Positions 51,451 through 63,884 of a stretch of 64,000 nt of DNA are shown piece after piece. Where the stretch lies: contig JASTWF010000355.1 in NCBI GenBank assembly GCA_030390025.1, positions 248,001-312,000 on the forward strand, read 5' to 3'. A program made the translations under genes and the position numbers. The DNA is from Squalus acanthias. Lineage: Eukaryota. The notes under the pieces were generated by a model, which saw only the letters and a program-made list of their open reading frames with translations, searched no databases and had not been told where the DNA came from. How positions within the stretch are numbered: the stretch's first letter is position 1; each line of letters opens with the position of its first letter.

Positions 51451-51979
51451 CTGTAAGAGAGAGAGAAGAAAGCAGAGAAATTACTGAACACACCTGGAGA
51501 CAAAGCAACTGTTTGACAGGATTCGGGTGAAATTTCCAGCTTGGATGCTGCATCGAACGGTGGAAATTGATTCATTGACAGAATCAAACAGCAGAGAAGG
51601 GGGGCAATGCCCCATTGTGCCCGTGCGGGTCTCTGAAGGGGCTATCGAATTAGTCCCACTGCACTGCGCTTTTTCCACGGCGGTCCATGTCTTTTTTCTC
51701 CTTTTCAAGTCGAGATTCAGTTCCATTTTGAAAGTCACTGTTGAATCTGCTTCCAGCACCTTTCAGGCAGAGCATTCCAAATCATAACAACTCGCTGAGT
51801 ACAAACACAATTCTTCTCAGCTCTCCGCTGGATTTATTTGCCAATAATTTATTGTTTTTTCCATTGGTTACCGACCCCCCTGCCAGTGGAAACAGTGTCA
51901 CCCCATCTACTATATCAAAACCCCTCATAATTTTCAACAACTTTTTAATATCTCCGTTTAGTCTTCGCTGCTCTTAGGA

Positions 51980-53745
51980 GAAGAAGGAAAGGAAAAGATG
52001 TGGAAATTAGTGAAAAAAACCAATTAGGTATGCAAAGATAAACTCCGAAATTACAATATCAAGGCATATCAAAGGAAATGGGAACGTTTCTTACAGGCAC
52101 ATAAATAACACAACAAAATCACGATAGGGATAGGGCCACTGCGGGATACAAACGATAACCTCACAGTAATGACAGCGAAATGCCAGAAATATTAAATAAT
52201 TTCTTCGCCACAGTATTGACCAGGGAGACTAAAATTGTGGGCGTGACACTAGAAGGCATTAGAACATATAAATAATTTTAAGGAAGAAAGCGGGGAGATA
52301 AAATAATCAAACTTAGAGAGGAACACACCCCTGGTCCGGATGTATAGCACCCGTGCATATCAAAAGTAGATATGGAAGAGATAGCTGAGGCACCGTTACA
52401 TATATATATCCAATTCCAGGGAAGTATAAACCAATTAGCGTAAAGTCGGTGATGGGAATTATATTGGAATCCTCACTCAAAGATCCAATAGTAAAACATC
52501 TAGAAATGTTAAATTAAAAAAAGTAGTCTGCACGTATTTCAAAATGAAACGTCATGTTTGACCAACTTTATTGAAATATTTCAAGAAGAAACAGAAAGGG
52601 TATATAAGGATAATGTAGCAAACATAATATATTTGATTTCCAAAATGCCTTCGATAATTTACCACATAATAGACTCATGAATAGAAAGCTGGCTACAAAA
52701 TAGAAAACAGATAGTGGTGGGGGGAGGGGTTAAATGTAGGTACTCATACGGGCAAAGGTGGGAAGTGGTGTTTCAGAAGGATCTGCGCTGGAGCCACTGC
52801 TGTTCATCATTTACATCAAACATTTGGACTCGAGAATCGGCAGCACAATTTCAAAATTTGCAGACCACATCAATTTGGGGGTGTCGTTATTACAGACTGT
52901 GACAAAAAACAGGAAGACATTACTAAACTTGGAAAATGGGCGTGTATTTGGCAAATATATTTAAACATAGAAAAGTGTGAGGTGGCATATTTGGCAGGAA
53001 GAATAAGGAGGCCACATATTTCCAGGAAACAATTGTCCAAATGGGGTAGAAGAGTAGAAGGATCTGGCAGTACAGATACACAAATCAATAAAGGGAGCGA
53101 CACAGGTTACTAAGGACATAACAATGCAAACAAATCACTTTGCTTCATTCTAGAGGGATAGTGTTGAACATTAGATAAGTTACGTTAACCTTGTAAATAC
53201 ACTTGGATAAACCACACTTGGAGTACTGTTAATAGTTCTGGTCTCCACATTATTAGAAGGATTTAGTAGGCTTAGAGATGGTGCTAAAATTTTTACTTGT
53301 ATTAAATCAGAACTGTGAAGTTACATCTATCAGCAATGATTAAACAGGATGGGTCTCTTTTTTCTATAATAGAGAATGTTGAGGGGATGACCTGATAGAG
53401 GACTTTAAGATTAAGAAAGGGTTAGATAGGGTAGACCTAGAGAAGGTATTTGCGAGGGAGACAAGAACTAGGGGCAAACAGTTGTAATAGGTTAGTCACT
53501 AAAAAAATCCAACATGGAATTCAGGTGAAACTTCTTCACACAGAAGTGGTTAGAATGTGGAATTCGCTACCACTAGGAGTAGTATAGATGCATTTAAGGG
53601 GAAGCTAGGTAAACATCTGCAGGAGAAAGGAATAGTAGAATATGCGGATGGGGTTACATGAAGAAGGTGGAAGTAGGCTGGTGTGCGGTATAAACATTTG
53701 CATGTGTCTCTTGGTACGGAAGGACTGTTTCTGTGCTGTAAATAC
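51980..53745 (+). mobile_element. Degraded CR1 LINE
   Basis: EPLLFIIYI..STISKFAD and the CR1 3' UTR ending ctgtttctgtgctgtaaatac. Confidence 0.85.
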
Positions 53746-54494
53746 TGGCCCAAAAATTCGGCCGTTCTCGGGTGAGTACTCAGTGCGTACTCATCGTATT
53801 CGTTCCCGAAGTGCCGGTTTCCTGCATGCACTGCGCATGCGCGGGAAACCGGCACTTCCGGTATGGCGATAGGGGCGGTTCCTCGGTGAACCGCATGCAC
53901 ACTAGAGGCTGCGCGGACGCAGCACACTTAGGTTTTTTTTCAGGTTTCAACGCGAGGGTAAGTATGGAAGATTCTACACTAGCAAAAAGGAGGCGTAAGA
54001 CCCCTTTTGAACAAGGTAAGTAGTTAATTAAGTATAATTTTTTTTAAAATTCAACAGATTTATCTTTTTTCGAGACTTTAAAGAAAGGTAAGTTTATTTT
54101 TATAACTTTTAAAAAGTATTTAAAATTTTTGTTTAAAGTGGTTAATTTATTTAACTATAGTTATTTTATTAATGTGATGGTTTTTTAAAAAAAATTATTT
54201 GAGGTTTAGCTGTTCTTTTGGGGCCGATTTCAATTCACAGATTTGACAGGTCTCCTGTCAAATCTATGAATGAAAGATGGTCTGCTGCCTTTGGCTCTCC
54301 ATGTCCCACGTGATCCCAGACGTCGCATCACACTAACTGCGCCCCTGGGACACGCATACACTGCGTGCCGGCTCTTGGGAGAGGCCCAGGACTCGAAGTT
54401 CCTGTGGGCCCAAAACACAACGGCCGGCGTGGTGGGTGATATCGCGCACAATCCTTAGCCCCGCAGCAAGCCTCCAAATCGAATTTCTAGGCCA
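53746..54494. mobile_element. Non-autonomous DNA transposon (MITE)
   Basis: TIRs TGGCCCAAAAATTCG / CGAATTTCTAGGCCA (13/15). GC-rich arms with an AT-rich core. Confidence 0.8.
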
Positions 54495-56414
54495 CGATGT
54501 AATCTTAACTTGTCCAGTCTCTCCAGCTAACTAGAACTGCTCATTCCCGGTACTATTCCAGTAAATCTCCCCTTTACTATCTCCAACACTTTGACATCCT
54601 TTGTAAAGTATGGTGCCAAGAATTGGAAACAATACTCTAGCTGAGGCCTAACCCGTGTTTTATAAAGATTTATCATAAATTCCTTGCTTTTGTACTCTAT
54701 GCCTCTATTTCTGATGCCGAGGTTCTCGTCTGCTTTATCAGAGCGTTGTGAATTTGTTCTGCCAAATTCAAAGATTTGTGTATGTGAACCTCTAGGTCTC
54801 TCTGTTCCTGCACCTCCTTAAACATTGTGCTTTTATTTTATATTGCCTCCCGTCACGTTTCCTTTCAAATTGCATCACTTCACAATTCTCTGCATTAATT
54901 TGCATCTGCCACGCATCTGTCCATTTCACCAATCTGTCCATAACCGCCAGAAGTCTTTTACTATCCTTCTCACTGTTTAATACATTTCCAAGCTTTGTTT
55001 CATCTACAGATAGTTAAAGTGTGCCACCTATTTCAAAGCCAGGTCATGGATATGTATTGAAAGGAGCAGTGCTCCGTATACCGACAACTGGCGGTCACCA
55101 CTGCACACTTCCCTCCAGTCTGAAAAACAACCGCTCACCTCTGCTCTCTGTTTTCTGTCTCGCAGCCAATGCCACGCTGCCACCGTCCCTTTCTCGCATA
55201 GAAGTTTTTTTTACATAATTATCAGTAGAGTTAGCGCCGGATCCACTGGAAGGGCCGAATGAGGGCGCACAGCGGGGTTTACAGAGAGCGAACCAACGGG
55301 TGATAGCTGGATTTGATCTCCAGACAGAAAGGACAGAGAGTTAAAGCCAGTACGTTTGTTGCTCAGGGGTAAGAGAGCCGACAGGGGCTGGCACTAAACG
55401 GGAAATGCCGAGAGCCGCGGCGGTGAGTTTGAAGCTTCGGATCTGATGGAAGAGGCAGCTGGAGTCTGAGTCAGTAAGTAAGATTGGAAGGGAGGCAAGT
55501 AAAAGGACATGTAAGAGCTGGAGGGTAGTCAGGAGCTGATGGTTCATGCAGAAACGCTCCATCGTTGAAATACGATGCCATCTCTAAATGACGGACATTA
55601 TTCTTTAAATTATTTTTTTATAGTTTTTTTTTTATCATTTACGTAAACAGACTGAGGAACTGACGGGGATGAACACACGGGTATTGACATTAACATTAAA
55701 AACTCAAAAAATCTGACGACATCTTACCAACAACTTCAAGTCAGATGTTTAATCTTTAATTGTCCTGGAAGTTTCACCACCTCATTTTGTTGGATTATTC
55801 ACCCAGGCGCTTCCCTCCTTATCTCTCTCTCTTTCTGTCTGTCTCCTCTCTCTCTCTCTCTCTTTCTGTCTGTCTCCTCCATCTCTCTCTCTCAAACACA
55901 TTTAATCTCTCTCATCTCTCTCTTTTCCCTTTTTCAGTCGCCCGCTCTATCACTCATCGCTTTATCTCTCCGCACCCTCTACTCTCTTTCTCAATGCCTT
56001 CTTATTCATCCGATTAAATCAGAACATCCTGCGCCTGCACCTGCTCACCGTCCCCGTGTTCAATGCTCCTTTTCTCAGAGTCAGGTGGCTCAATGTGAAG
56101 CCTCTGTGAATAGTTGAATGTTTCTACAGATCACCCAAGTCTCCACATGTTCACCTGCACTTTTCACGTCATCAGTTCTGATACCTGCTCTTCGACCAGA
56201 CACCTGATGCCAATGCATTCAGTAGAGAGAATAATCCAGTACAGATGCAAGAATTTGATGAATAAATATCAGAAAGATATAAAGCAGTTGCTACAATACC
56301 AAATGTTTAAAAGTTAGAACATAACATAATTCAACAATGCATTCAGACCAGAGAATAATCGAATAACAGTGCCAGGGTTGTATATAATTGAGTTTCGTTC
56401 TCCCGTAATTGTAT

Positions 56415-57573
56415 GGAAAAGCCCTGCGAATACACAGGATCTGCTCAGACGAGGAGGAACGCGATGGACACCTACAGACGCTGAAAGACGCCCTCGTAAG
56501 AACGGGATATGACGCTCGATTCATCGATCGACAGTTCCGACGGGCCACAGAAAAAATCGCATAGACCTCCTCAGAAGGCGAACACGGGACACAACCAAGA
56601 GAGTACCCTACGTCGTCCAGTACTTCCCCGGAGCGGAGAAATTACGCCATGTTATTCGCAGTCTTCAACATGTCATCGATGACGACGAACACCTTGCTAA
56701 GGCCATCCCCCGCCTCCATTACTCGCCTTCAAGCAGTCGCCTAACCTCAAAAGTACCATCGTTCGCAGCAAATTACCCAGCTGTCAGGAGAACAGCGACC
56801 ATGACACCACACAACCCAGCCACGGATACCTCTGCAAGACATGCCAGATCATCAACACGGATACCATCATCACACGTGAGGACACTACCCACCAGGTACA
56901 TGGTACATACTCATGTGACTCGGCCAAAGTTGTCTACCTCATACTTTGCAGGAAAGGATTTCCCGGAGCATGGTACATCGGCGCTACCATGCAGACACTG
57001 AGACAACGTATGAACGGACACCGCACTACAATCGCCAGGCAGGATTGTTACCTCCCAGTCGGGGAACACTTCAGCAGTCAAGGACATTCAGCCTCGGATC
57101 TGCGGGTTAGCGTTCTCCAAGGCTGACTTCGAGACACGCGGCAACGCAAAATCATCGAGCAGAAACTGATAGCCAAGTTCTGCACCCATGAGGACGGCCT
57201 CAACCGGGATCTTGGTTTCATGTCACGCTACAGGACGTAGAGTCATCCAGACTAGAGTCGTCGTTGTCTTGTTCACAGATGTGATTTCCATTTTTAAATA
57301 AAAGTAAAAAGCTTAACTGCAGACTGCAGCATTTGACAAGTTGGACCCCCTGTGACCCCACCTCATTGTCTTAGCTGTGTTCTGCTGTGTCTTTGATGTA
57401 ATGCCTTCCTGACTGATTGCATCTCTGCAAACACATTGTTATCTGTCTATATATGCTATGATATCGATTTGTATTCCCTCACTTTACCTGACGAAGGAGC
57501 AGCGCTCCGAAAGGTCGTAATTTCAAATAAAACTGTTGGACTATAACCTGGTGCTGTGCGACTTCTCATTTTT
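56415..57573 (+). mobile_element. Penelope-like element, family 2 (RT thumb + GIY-YIG, disrupted; hammerhead at 57484-57520)
   Basis: Encodes ALRIHRICSD...CKTCQII...SCDSAKVVYLILC..WYIG.T...RMNGHR. Possible TSD GTAATT(G/A)TAT. Absent from the intron of paralogue A. Confidence 0.92.
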
Positions 57574-58302
57574 GTAATTATATAGTCCAGCGTTAGATGG
57601 CGCGATTGTTAAATTAACAAAACACCAATATCATCGCTGCTACTTATAATCTCCAAATCAATAGAAGTGCTCCTGATTCCAACAGATACAGTGCAAACAG
57701 ATACAACAAATCATTCGGTGAATCCATCCACAATGAAGCAGAGAAGGAGATGTGAAAGAGTCAGCAGCAAACTCAGTTCAGTCGCCAGACCTCTGAAGCG
57801 GCGTCAGATAAACACACAGTGAAATAATACGTCATAACAGTGATAAACAATGCATACATTGAAATCCCAGTGAAACTGAACCATGTTATTGGGGAGGAAG
57901 GGCATTGCACTGCCTCCTTGTAACATTGTGACCGTGAGTTCTCTCATTGTCAATCAATGAAAACACATTCATTAAAATATTCCAGGATAGGTTAGTTCCA
58001 CGACATGAAACTATTAACAGCTCCTAGTGGTCTGATACCTGCTCTTCGCCCAGACACCTGATTCCAATACATTCAGCAAAGAGAATATTCCAACAAAAGT
58101 GGCAAGGTTGGAAAAACATAGATTGATACAGATGTAATCAACTATTACAAGACAGAAGGGGCAGAGACAGAGGACTTTCCATCGCACAACTGCTGGTAGA
58201 AAACAGGGGGCTGTGTAAAACCTGCAGAAAGTAAAACATTACCAAGTGCAGCAGCACAGTTAACACCGATTTACACCGTTGACAGTAAAGGTAACGACTT
58301 AC

Positions 58303-58372
58303 CAGGAACTCCAACGGCTGCAAGAACAGGATAGTAAATGCGTTCTATCTGATAGATTACTGGATATCCCAT
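58303..58372 (-). CDS. GPR139-like paralogue B, coding exon 1 (MGYPVIYQIERIYYPVLAAVGVP)
   Basis: ATG at 58372-58370, 70 nt, donor CCTG|gtaagt. Phase 1 joins exon 2 to give 323 aa. Confidence 0.9.
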
Positions 58373-58457
58373 TTCTGTGGGAAGCAGTGACTTCTGTTGG
58401 AGTCGAACCCACAGCTCCGGCTGGCACTCTGAGCTGATACATTGAATTGGGCCCTAA

Positions 58458-58463
58458 TTTATA
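58458..58463 (-). promoter_or_regulatory. Candidate TATA box of paralogue B
   Basis: TATAAA 86 nt upstream of the ATG, conserved with paralogue A. Confidence 0.6.
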
Positions 58464-59469
58464 CCGGGGATAAGTCTCCACTGACATGGTTATACCCCTG
58501 ATCATTGCTATTAGTTGCAGTCACTTGAACAAACACATTACATCAGCAGCTTTGACTCCGATGAAAATAATGTGGTGGATACAACACAAACATCTCAAAG
58601 TCCAGGGCATTATCTTAATCAGACCTCTCTCGGGAATAAGGCTGAAAGCTGTGCTCACACAGGACTGATCCAACAATAATGAGCGGCTACATTTACAGTT
58701 TTCATGTGATTGTATTGACCATGTTCACTCCTGTCGATTCATTTATAAATTGATCGGATTTCTCCGCAGTTTAAACTGAATCCAGGGACGTAGGCAGAAA
58801 CGTTTCACTCTGTCCCTGCAGTTTCGCAGTTAAAATGTGAAGTCTCAGACTCTGACACAGGGACAGTTAAAGGCCGTGTTCAGGATTGGAGACTGGAAAT
58901 TACTGTGGGTGATATTAGGGGGCGGACACTGAACGTGTCCCATTGACATTCCTCTCTCCGCTATTTTACAGCAGATGTTTAATTGTTTATTCTACATTGG
59001 TTAACGGCTCCAGTAAGATTAGAACTGTGACACCTCCTGACTCCATTCCTCCAGTTCACTCCTGGCCGGCCAGTCAACCTCCACCTTCCATCAATGTCAA
59101 CAGATCCCAAACTCTGCTGTCCATGTCGAACCCTCAACAATTCCGACTCGCCCATCACTCTCGCCCTCACTGAGCATCATTGTCTCTTATTCTGCCAATG
59201 ACTTAAATTTAAAATTCGCATCCATATGTTTAAATCCCCCCATGGCCTCACTGATCCTGAACACTGCTGTCCATGACCAGCCCTCGACAGGCCCTGCTCG
59301 CCCATCACCCTCGCCCTCAATGACCCTCATTCGCTCGCAATTCCCAACAAAGCCTTAAATTTATTGTTTTCCCCAGGGTTTAAGTTCAACACCCAGCACC
59401 ATCTCTGCACCAGCTCTCTCATCTCTTAACTATCTATGTTTTATCAAACTGCAACAGTCAATTTTGCAT

Positions 59470-60560
59470 GAATCATAGAATAATGTACTAGTACAGCACA
59501 GAAGGAGGCCATTCGGTCCATCGAGTCTATGGCATCTTTTTCGCAGTGAAATTCAGTTGGTCCCAATTCCCCTTCTTTACCCATATCCCTGATGTTTTGT
59601 CTTTCAATTATTTCTCCAATTCCATTTTGAAGGCTCCTAATTAATCTATACCCACCACACTATTAGGCAGTGCATTCCAAATCATAAACACTCATTTCGT
59701 TAAAACGTTTTTCCTCATGTCGCCTCTGGTTCTTTTGCCAATAACATTAAATCTGTGACATGTTGTTATCGATTCTTCAGCCATTGTAAATTATTTCTCT
59801 TCATTTGCTCTTTTTGCACCATTCCTGATATTAAGCACCTCCATCAAATCTCCTCTTAGCCATCTCTGCTCTAAGGAAAACAACCCCAGTTTCTCCAGTA
59901 TATCCACGTAACCCTAATCCCTCAACCGTGCAATCATTCTAGTAAACCACTTTTGTAAACTCTCCAAAGCCTTCACTTTCTTCCTAAAATGTGGTCCCCA
60001 GAATTGTACACAATACTTCACTTGGGGCCGAGCTAGTGTTTTATATAGGGTTAGCACAACTTCCTAGTTTTTGTACTCTATGCCTCTGTTAATAAACCCA
60101 GGATCCAATAAGCTTTATTAACTGCTTTCTGAACCTGTCCTGCCAACTTCAATGATGTGTGCACAAACACCCCCAGGTCTCTCTTTTCTTGCACCACCTT
60201 TAAAATAATACCATGTAGTTTGTATGGCCTCTCCTCATTCTTCCTACAAATATATTTCACCGCACGCTTTTCTGAGTTGAATTTCATCTGCCAGGCGTCC
60301 GCCCATTCCCCCAGCCTGTGTATGTACTCAAGAAGTCTATTAATATCTTCCTCACTGTTTACTACACATCCATGATACTTGTCATCTACATTTTTCGAAA
60401 TTATGCACTGTACCGTCAAGTAAATATCATTAATGTATTTCAAAAACAGCATTGGTCCTAGTACTAAACATTGGGAACACCACTGTCACTTCCCTTCAGT
60501 CCAAAAGACAACCATTCGCCACAAGTCTCTGTTTTCTATCCATTTGCAATTTTGTTCATG
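59470..60560 (-). mobile_element. Degraded CR1 LINE 3' part
   Basis: Minus ORF 60078..60452 (YINDI..WADAWQMKFN..RDLGVFVH) and the antisense tail. Confidence 0.88.
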
Positions 60561-60615
60561 AGACAACTGGCCCTTTTGCAGTTGTATTTGCTCCAATTAG
60601 GAAGACAGAAGGCAT

Positions 60616-61183
60616 GGGGCCAGAAATTAGGCTCTCCGGCTTCCTGTGGGTGCAATAATCACGCGCGTACTTGCCTAACGCGCCTGCCGTTGTGCTTCAG
60701 GCCCGCGTGGAATTCGGCTCCTGGGCCTCCTGCAGCTGCCGGCGCGGAGTGAGTGCATATCCCAGGGGCACAGTTAGTTCGAAGCGTCCCCTGTAACTAT
60801 AAATTACATAAATTAACTACTTCCAACAAAAATGTAAATTTTTGAAAAAATTTATTACACTTTTAACCGTGCTAAAAATAAACGTAGCTTTCTTTAAAGT
60901 GTGCAAAAAAGATAAACCTTTTGAAAAAATGTTAAATGTTAAATTTTTAAATTGTATTTTAATTCACCATTTACCTTGCTAAAAGCAGGCCTTGCACCTC
61001 CTTTTTCCCCACGCAGCTTCTCCATACTTACCCTCATGAAGAAACCTGAAATAAAACGAAGTTTGCTGCGTGCACGCTGCCTCTCCGGCGCACGCATTCG
61101 ACATCTGAACCCCTTTCTTCAGGGGAACGGAAGTTCCGGTTTCCAGCGCATGCTCATTCGTGGAGACCCGAATTTCTGGCCCC
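60616..61183. mobile_element. Non-autonomous DNA transposon (MITE), TIR-related to 53746-54494
   Basis: TIRs GGGGCCAGAAATT / AATTTCTGGCCCC with an AT-rich core. Confidence 0.82.
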
Positions 61184-61659
61184 ATGAGGTTTGGCCCCTC
61201 CACAAACCCCATATCCTTGTCTCTGAATCCACTCCCGTTTATTGCTGCTGTCTCCAACTGAATATGAAGTTTTGTAAATTCTGATGCCTATTCGACCCTG
61301 ATCTCAGCTTCCAACCTCAATATCCTCTTCATCACAAAAGGTGCCTATTTCAGTCTCTCTGACATAGCCGGCCTCGGCCCCTTCCTCAGCAAATCTGCCA
61401 CTGAAACCTTCAACCATGCAGTTTTTGGCTCGAGGCATTCCGTCATATTATCGATGGGTTAACATTTTCTCTCAGCTTAATTTGGCAAGACGGTAGTATA
61501 AAGAATAATTCTATAACTATTGAAAAGGAAGAGATCAGAGTAAACATCAGAAATCGTGCGTTAGGCTCTACAGGTAGAGGGAATCCTAAAAGATGAAAAA
61601 CAATTAAATCAGGAGAGAGAAATAATAAATGTATGAAAAAAATAACAGTAGAACAAAAG

Positions 61660-61925
61660 GACAAATTAGGCTTTGTGGCCCAAATAAGCGTTCTTTAGAC
61701 AAACGCAGCGAGTATGTGGAACAAATTGAATGAATTGATGGCGCAAATAAAACTTTAAGGGTTCCGAATGGTAGCCATTACTGAGACATGGCTGCAAGAC
61801 GATCAGGTCTGGGAACTGAAGATAAACAGATAATATAGGCTACAGGAAGGATAGGGTAACTGGTAGAGGGTGAGGGCTATCATTAGCGATTACAGATGAA
61901 ATTACTTCAATCATAAGATATGATA
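61660..61925 (+). mobile_element. CR1 APE endonuclease N-terminal fragment
   Basis: Translates to ..NKLNELMAQI..VAITETWLQDDQVWELKI. Confidence 0.75.
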
Positions 61926-61929
61926 TTCA

Positions 61930-63882
61930 GAGAAAGTCCCATTGACTCAGATACGCACTGGTCCTGGAGATGGACCGGGGAGAAAGATCAGAGTGTCCAT
62001 AGACTCAGATACACACTGGTCCTGTTGATGGACCGGGGAGAAATGTCAGAGAGTCCCATTGACTCAGATACACACTGGTACTGGAGATGGACTGGGGAGA
62101 AAAATCAGTGAGTACAATTGACTCAGCTACACACTGTTCCTGGAGATGGACCGGGGAGAAAGGTCAAAGTGATTCCCATTGACTCAGATACACACTGGTC
62201 CTGGAGATGGTCCGGGGAGAAAGGTCAGAGAGAGTCCCATTGACACAGATACACACTGGACCTGGAGATGGGCTGCGGATAAAGGTCAGAGGGAGAGTCC
62301 CATTGACTCAGATACCCACTTGTCCTGGGGATGGACCGGGGAGAAAGGTCAGAGAGTCCCATTGACTCAGATGCACACTGGTCCTGGAGATGGACTGGGG
62401 AGAACGGACAGGGTGAGGCCCATTTACTCAGATAAACACTGGTCCTGGAGATGGACAAGGGAGAAATGTCAGAGACAGTCCCATTTACTCAGATACACAT
62501 TGGTCCTGGAGATGGACTGGGGAGAATGTTGAGAGAGTGTCCCATTGAGTCAGATACACACTGGTCCTGGAGATGGATCGGGGAGAAAGGTCAGAGAGTC
62601 CCATTGACTCAGATACACACTGGTCCTGGAGATGGGCTGGGGAGAAAGTTCGGAGAGAGTCCCATTGACTCAGATACACACTGGTCCTGGTGATGGATCG
62701 GGGAGAAATGTCAGAGAGTCCCATTGACTCAGATACAAACTGGTACTGGAGATGGACTGGTGAGAATGGTCAGTGAGAGTCCCATTGACTCAGATACACA
62801 CTGGTCCTGGAGATGGACCGGGCAGAAAGATCAGAGAATCCCATTGACTCAGATACACACTGGTCCTGGAGATGGACTGGGGAGAAAGGTCAGGGAGAGA
62901 CCCATTGACTCAGATAAACACTGGTCCTGGAGATGGACTGGGGAGAAATGTCATAGAGAGTCCCAGTGACTCAGATACACACTGGTCCTGGAGATGGACT
63001 GGGGAGAAAGATCAGAGAGATTCCCATTGACTCAGATACACACTGGTACTGGAGGTGGACTGGGGAGAAAATCAGTGAGTACAATTGACTCAGCTACACA
63101 CTGTTCCTGAAGATGGACCGGGGAGAAAGGTCAGAGAGTCCCATTGACACAGATACACACTGGTCCCAGTGATGGACTTTGGAGAAACGTCAGAGAGAGT
63201 CCCATTGACTGAGATACACACTGGTCCTGGAGATGGACCGGGAGGAAAGGTCAGAGAGAGTCCCATTGACTCAGATACACACCGGTCCTGGAGATGGACT
63301 GATGAGAACGGTCAGAGAGAGCCCCATTGACTCAGATACACACTGATCCTGGAGATGGACTGCGGAGAAAGGTCAGAGAGTGTCCCATTCAGACAGATAC
63401 ACACTGGTCCTGGAGATGGACCGGGGAGAAAGGTCACAGAGAGTCTCATTGACTCAGATACACACTGGTCCTGGAGATGGACTGGGAGAAAGGTCAGGGA
63501 GTATCCTATTGACTCAGATACACACTGGCCGTGGAGATGGACCGGGGAGAAATGTCAGAGATAATCCCATTGAGTCAGATACAAACTTTCCTGGAGATAG
63601 ACTGGGAGAAAGGTCAGAGAGAGTCCCATTTACTCAGATACACACTGGTCCTGGAGATGGACTGGGGAGCAAGGTCAGAGAGAGTCCCATTGACTCAGAT
63701 ACACAGTGGTCTTGGAGATGGACAGGGAAGAAAGGACAAAGAGAGTCCCATTGACTCAGATACACACTGGTCCTGGAGATGGACAGGGGTGAAAGGTCAG
63801 AGAGTCTCATTGACTCAGATACACACCGGTCCTGGAGATGGAATGTGCAGAAAGTCAGAGCGAGAGTCCCATTGACTCAGAT
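61930..63882. repeat. ~60-bp satellite GAGTCCCATTGACTCAGATACACACTGGTCCTGGAGATGGAC(T/C)GGGGAGAAAGGTCAGA(GA), about 32 copies
   Basis: A 59-62 nt period is read directly. Confidence 0.95.
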
Positions 63883-63884
63883 GA

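Larger units (their letters stand above)
51680..55200 (-). mobile_element. CR1 (minus) split at ~51980/54505 by a younger plus-strand CR1
   Basis: The antisense CR1 text breaks at ...ctcttaggagaa and resumes ccagtctctccag... at ~54514. Confidence 0.7.

Noticed and set aside
51451..51553. N-terminal extension MQHPSWKF...SLSLT of the 334-aa ORF
   Set aside because: It is intronic polypyrimidine tract and acceptor sequence. The real N-terminus comes from exon 1 at 58303-58372.
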